From: an uncultured bacterium
GTDB taxonomy: Bacteria > Verrucomicrobiota > Verrucomicrobiia > Limisphaerales > UBA8199
Length of the DNA stretch: 64,000 nt
Assembly: GCA_963749495.1 (NCBI GenBank)
Contig: CAVVMW010000006.1
Location: 512,001-576,000, forward strand
Direction: 5' to 3'
In this document: one piece after another, positions 60,532 to 64,000 of the stretch
How the letters are laid out: each line of letters starts with the position of its first letter
Numbering within the stretch: the first letter of the stretch is position 1
Translations under genes and position numbers: made by a program
The notes under the pieces: model-generated
The model's database searches: none
The model's input: only the letters and a program-made list of their open reading frames with translations
Told to the model about the DNA's origin: nothing

Positions 60532-60813
60532 ATGAGTGATCTCTATCACATTTACATTTCTCCTAAATCGGGAGTAACGCGAGCCCAAGTTGAACAAACA
60601 CTCAACCTCGCTGTTGACTGGTTTCGTTACCATGAGCGTTGTTACGTTGTGCTCACCACGTCGGATGAGGAAAAATGGCTCAAACGGCTAAGGCCGTTTG
60701 TTGAACCCACTGGAACGCTGTTCATCTGTAAGTTCGACCCATCGCATTATCAGGGCTGGATGGTGAAGGACTTTTGGGAGTGGTTCCAACCCAAAGTAAA
60801 ATCCGGCCCCTAA
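60532..60813 (+). CDS. Small hypothetical protein, possibly Cas2/VapD-like ferredoxin fold
   Basis: 93 aa; DWFRY...YVVLTT...LFICKFD..YQGWM..FWEWF; AT-richer region; no cas1 or array nearby. Confidence 0.6.
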   Translation: MSDLYHIYISPKSGVTRAQVEQTLNLAVDWFRYHERCYVVLTTSDEEKWLKRLRPFVEPTGTLFICKFDPSHYQGWMVKDFWEWFQPKVKSGP

Positions 60814-61437
60814 GCGAGTGCTAGTTTCATGAGCCTCCATCACCCTGAGAAACTGCTTACCGCTACAACTCGGCAGTTTAGGATTGTGCCCAATACCGAA
60901 ACCCTGGGCAGCCAACAAATCGCCTTTTACGTCCACAGTGTGTGTTTTACCCAGATAAAGTCAGGGTCGTGAATATTAGGGTCGCACCTTAACATTTAGC
61001 AATAGCTTCGCGTTCGCCCATTCCGCTGGAGCGCTTTGCCGGCGCGCGAGGCGGGATTCAAACCGTTTGGTGGCCATGGCCACGGCGGCGTGCTCCTTGA
61101 GCCCGTCAACTGCGCCAGCTCATCGAGCTTGGCGCCTCACAGCTTCCGGCCCACGTAGAACACGATGTCCCGCCCGGCGTCGCCATGCCGGTCCCGAAAC
61201 GCGCTCCACTTTTCGCCCTTGGCTATTCCCACGCGCCGGATCACCTCCCCCAGGCCCGGTCAGGCCTCGCGCACGTGGCGTGCCGCCCATTGTTCCCACT
61301 CATCCCTGAATACAACTGCCCCGCAGGGAGCCGCCGCCCGGGTGGCTTTCTCGGACATGGTTGCTTTTTTTTCTCGCACCCTGCAGGCATGGTCCGGATG
61401 CGGCCGAGGGCGGACGCGCTTCTTCGGCCTTTAGCCT

Positions 61438-62367
61438 TTAGCCTTTGACGACCCTCACGGCCTTGGCCAGTCTCTGGACCTCGTCGGGGTCCACTTCACC
61501 AGGCATGAGGGTCAGGGCGTTGGCAGCGCCGGCGGCGCAGGCCCAGCGGCAGGCCCCGGCCAAGTCCTCGCCGCGCGCCAACCGCCAAACCAGCCCGGCG
61601 GTGAAGGCGTCTCCGCAGCCGATGGGGTTCACCACTTCGATGGCCGGAGGGAACACCCGCCAGAAGTCCTTGCCATCAAACGCCAGCGCCGGGTCTTTCC
61701 CCGCGGTGACCACGACCCGTTGGGCGCCCCGCCGGCACAACTCGCGCATGGCGGCGGCCACGCCGGCCTCATCTTGGAGGTCCCGCGCAACGGTGCCTGC
61801 CAGTTCCAGCCGGTTAGGCTTGACAAGGCCCGGCCCGGCCTCCAGGGCCTTGGAGAGCGCCGCGCCCCGGGCATCCACCACCGAGAGGGCCCCGGCCTCG
61901 CGCGCCAACCGGGTCACCCGGGCATAAAAGTCCGCAGGCCCGCCCGGGGTGAGGCTGCCGGACATCACGACCGCCGTGCAGGTCTTGAGGCGCCGCCGCA
62001 CGACCGTGCGGAGCCGCTCGTAATCGGCCGGCGCGACGGGCTCGCCCTCCTGGACCAACTCGGTTTGCGTGTTTGCGGACTGGTCGATCACGGTGGCGCA
62101 CTCCCGCGTTTGGACGGCCACGTCCACGAAGTCCAACTCGATCCCCTTGGCCTCGAGCAGGGCCCGCAGGCAGCGGCCGCGCTCGCCCCCCAGGAAGCCC
62201 GACGCCACGGGGTGCTCGCCCAGGACCTTGAGCACCTTGGCCACGTTCACCGATTTGCCCGCAGGACCGTCCAGCGCCCTCACCGCACGGTTCACCGCGT
62301 TGGGCGTGACCTGGCGCAACACCAACACCCGCTGCACCGCCGGGGTTGTTCCAAGGCAGAGGATCAT
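61438..62367 (-). CDS. 1-phosphofructokinase-family (PfkB) hexose kinase
   Basis: AGKSVNVAKVL, SGSLTPG, VKPNRLEL, NPIGCGDAFTAG. Confidence 0.95.
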   Translation of the reverse strand: MILCLGTTPAVQRVLVLRQVTPNAVNRAVRALDGPAGKSVNVAKVLKVLGEHPVASGFLGGERGRCLRALLEAKGIELDFVDVAVQTRECATVIDQSANTQTELVQEGEPVAPADYERLRTVVRRRLKTCTAVVMSGSLTPGGPADFYARVTRLAREAGALSVVDARGAALSKALEAGPGLVKPNRLELAGTVARDLQDEAGVAAAMRELCRRGAQRVVVTAGKDPALAFDGKDFWRVFPPAIEVVNPIGCGDAFTAGLVWRLARGEDLAGACRWACAAGAANALTLMPGEVDPDEVQRLAKAVRVVKG

Positions 62368-62780
62368 ACCGGGTCGGGCACCACCCGAAAGACCTGTTGG
62401 ATCTCGGCCGGGATGGACCGCGGCCGCCCGCTCGCGGCATCCACGAACACCCAGTCGGTCTCACCCTGGGCCAACACCATCCCGTCGCCAACCCGGATGA
62501 ACTTATAGCGGCGCCGTGAGCGGACCTTGCGCAGCTCGGCGACCCAGGTCTGCACGATGAGCCGCTCGCCGGCAAACGCGGGGCTCAGATACTCGATCCG
62601 GTGCGTGCGCACCACCCAGGTCGCCCCCGCCGCCCGCGTCAGCCGCGCGCACCCAGCCGCCTCCGCGTGGCGTATGGCCGCCTCCTGCATCCATTGCACG
62701 TAGGCCACATTATTGACGTGCCGATTGGCATCCACCGCCGCCTCCGGCACCTCGAATTCGAACTGATGAACTCCGTCCAT
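62364..62780 (-). CDS. Acyl-CoA thioesterase (4HBT/hot-dog fold)
   Basis: DANRHVNNVAYVQWMQ, WVVRTHRIEYLSPAF; start ATG 62780; ATGA overlap with the kinase. Confidence 0.92.
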   Translation of the reverse strand: MDGVHQFEFEVPEAAVDANRHVNNVAYVQWMQEAAIRHAEAAGCARLTRAAGATWVVRTHRIEYLSPAFAGERLIVQTWVAELRKVRSRRRYKFIRVGDGMVLAQGETDWVFVDAASGRPRSIPAEIQQVFRVVPDPV

Positions 62781-62945
62781 AAGAGAGGGTTGGGCTATTG
62801 TCGGACGTCCCTTTGGGACAGGCCCCAGGCCGAGGACAGATGCTCGTTGTGCCTCGCCTCGAATGGTCACAGTCATTCTGGCGTGCAGGATAGACCGCAA
62901 GTCCGCATTGTGGCAACCACAAGCGCGCTCCCACAGCTTGACGGT

Positions 62946-62962
62946 GACACCCGGCAGGTGTC
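62946..62962. promoter_or_regulatory. Palindromic operator in the promoter spacer of the Phd-like antitoxin
   Basis: GACACC-N5-GGTGTC between TTGACG (62938) and a -10-like AT stretch before ATG 62974. Confidence 0.5.
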
Positions 62963-62973
62963 TAATTTTGACT

Positions 62974-63345
62974 ATGACAGATGTGACGTCAAAAGTACTG
63001 CACCAAAAGACGGGGCAATTGCTCGACCGCGCGCGGCAGGGCGAGCGGTTCCGCATCTTGCGGGAAGGGCGTGCGGAGGCCTTTCTAATTCCCGCAGCGG
63101 AGGCGATTGACCCGGAGTGGAGAGAGATCATGGCAGAGGTCTGGAAAGCCCAAAAGGCGCCAGGCCCAAAGCGCCCAAACCCCATCTTGAAGGAAAGAAA
63201 GGCGCGCAACTATGCCGCTGGTTCACGCTGGGGCCCGGCTGCCCGGCCGCGCCGTTGCCAAGAGCCGTTGCCGAGGGCAATCACCGAGAGGTGGAACGTT
63301 GATGCTCCAGCCTTCGCTCCTGGGGACTGGAAGATGAACATCTGA
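62974..63345 (+). CDS. Phd/YefM-like antitoxin; natural end probably ~63225, read-through tail after loss of the toxin
   Basis: MTDVTSKVLHQKTGQLLDRARQGERFRILREGRAEAFLIP. Confidence 0.75.
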   Translation: MTDVTSKVLHQKTGQLLDRARQGERFRILREGRAEAFLIPAAEAIDPEWREIMAEVWKAQKAPGPKRPNPILKERKARNYAAGSRWGPAARPRRCQEPLPRAITERWNVDAPAFAPGDWKMNI

Positions 63346-63429
63346 TGCTGCTGGTCGATAGCAACGCCTGACTGAAATTGTACTGGCGGCTTGCCCTCCC
63401 CGCCATGTTGGAGGAATCGTTCGCGGTCG

Positions 63430-63777
63430 TCAGAGGGGCAGTCGGGCCACGACATTCTCCCATTCTGCCGCGTCGGAGGCCTTTGCCACGAGCTCCAGAT
63501 CGGTGACATAGAGTCCAACCTGGTTTCGGCGTTGCCGCGCAAAGATGAGGCCGGCAAAGGGACGCTTTTGCCGCTGCCAGTCCTCCGCCATGACACGGAA
63601 GCGAACATCCTGTGTTACCAGCACGCGACCGAGTCGCGTCGCCAGCGCGAGGAGCCTCTCGTCCGCCAGCCTGTTGGCGCCTTCCTCCGTAGCGGTGAGC
63701 ACCTCCACGCCGCGCCGACGCAATTGCGCGGTAATAGCACCCGGGACATGCACATCCATGTAGAAGGCTACCGGCAT
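63430..63777 (-). CDS. DUF5615 PIN-like toxin
   Basis: FYMDVHVP...LRRRGVEVLTA...DERLL...RVLVTQDVRF...GLIF. Confidence 0.9.
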   Translation of the reverse strand: MPVAFYMDVHVPGAITAQLRRRGVEVLTATEEGANRLADERLLALATRLGRVLVTQDVRFRVMAEDWQRQKRPFAGLIFARQRRNQVGLYVTDLELVAKASDAAEWENVVARLPL

Positions 63778-64000
63778 CCCGGACTGTTCTTGAGGGTACG
63801 CAGCCTCTCGACCACGGGGGGTTGCTTCTGGTTGTTCGCCTCCTCTATCAGGCGATTCTCCTCTTCGATTTCGCGGTCGACTTCCTTTTGGTGATCGAAG
63901 TAGTAGGCCAAGGCGGCGTAAACTTCCGCGCGTTTGAGGTAGCGGTACTGACGGACAATTTCATCCGGCGACAAGCCGCAGTCGAGGTGGTCGCGCACGA
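63768..64000 (-). CDS. DUF433 family antitoxin, 5' end beyond the window
   Basis: GLSPDEIVRQY..L.RAEVYAALAYYFDHQKEVDREI. Confidence 0.88.
   Translation of the reverse strand, partial: VRDHLDCGLSPDEIVRQYRYLKRAEVYAALAYYFDHQKEVDREIEEENRLIEEANNQKQPPVVERLRTLKNSPGCR

Noticed and set aside
60532..60813. Calling this gene cas2
   Set aside because: Only a vague fold resemblance; no cas1 or array in the window.
1..64000. tRNA, rRNA, integrase or transposase genes
   Set aside because: None recognised by eye; tRNAscan-SE and ISEScan were not run.

Overview
GC-rich bacterial window, most likely Verrucomicrobiota (Pedosphaerales/Limisphaerales-like). This is inferred from a GloVer-repeat protein, 'FYRV'-ending surface proteins and the palindromic repeat types. 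The first ~18.7 kb (minus strand) is a type II secretion-like operon: E, F, G, H, I, J, K, a PilM-PilN-like fusion, an M/C-like protein and a giant secretin-type gene. That gene has N0 plus about 24 KH-like N-domains (>2200 aa in the window) and runs off the left edge before any secretin barrel is seen. The operon is headed by two coiled-coil membrane proteins and an unannotated 34-aa micropeptide copied from its neighbour's C-terminus. Next come GST, PIN-PhoH, DUF4149, a PUR-like protein, rsfS, nadD, a Tat-exported xanthine dehydrogenase-family operon and a decayed restriction/TA island (Vsr, DUF3883, DUF4928). These are followed by a GH94 cellobionate phosphorylase-like gene with an MFS symporter, trpS, an orphan Dam-like methylase, a sulfatase and hicBA. 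The right part holds a 14-repeat GloVer protein, scpAB-pheA, recQ, a ~2700-aa PA14/LTD/CotH protein, a PfkB kinase, a thioesterase and further TA genes. Several REP/MITE-like palindrome families are dispersed through the window and sometimes recruited into coding frames. About ten indel frameshifts, some in housekeeping genes, look like long-read assembly errors. No rRNA, tRNA or CRISPR array was seen. All family assignments are by motif recognition, not database search.
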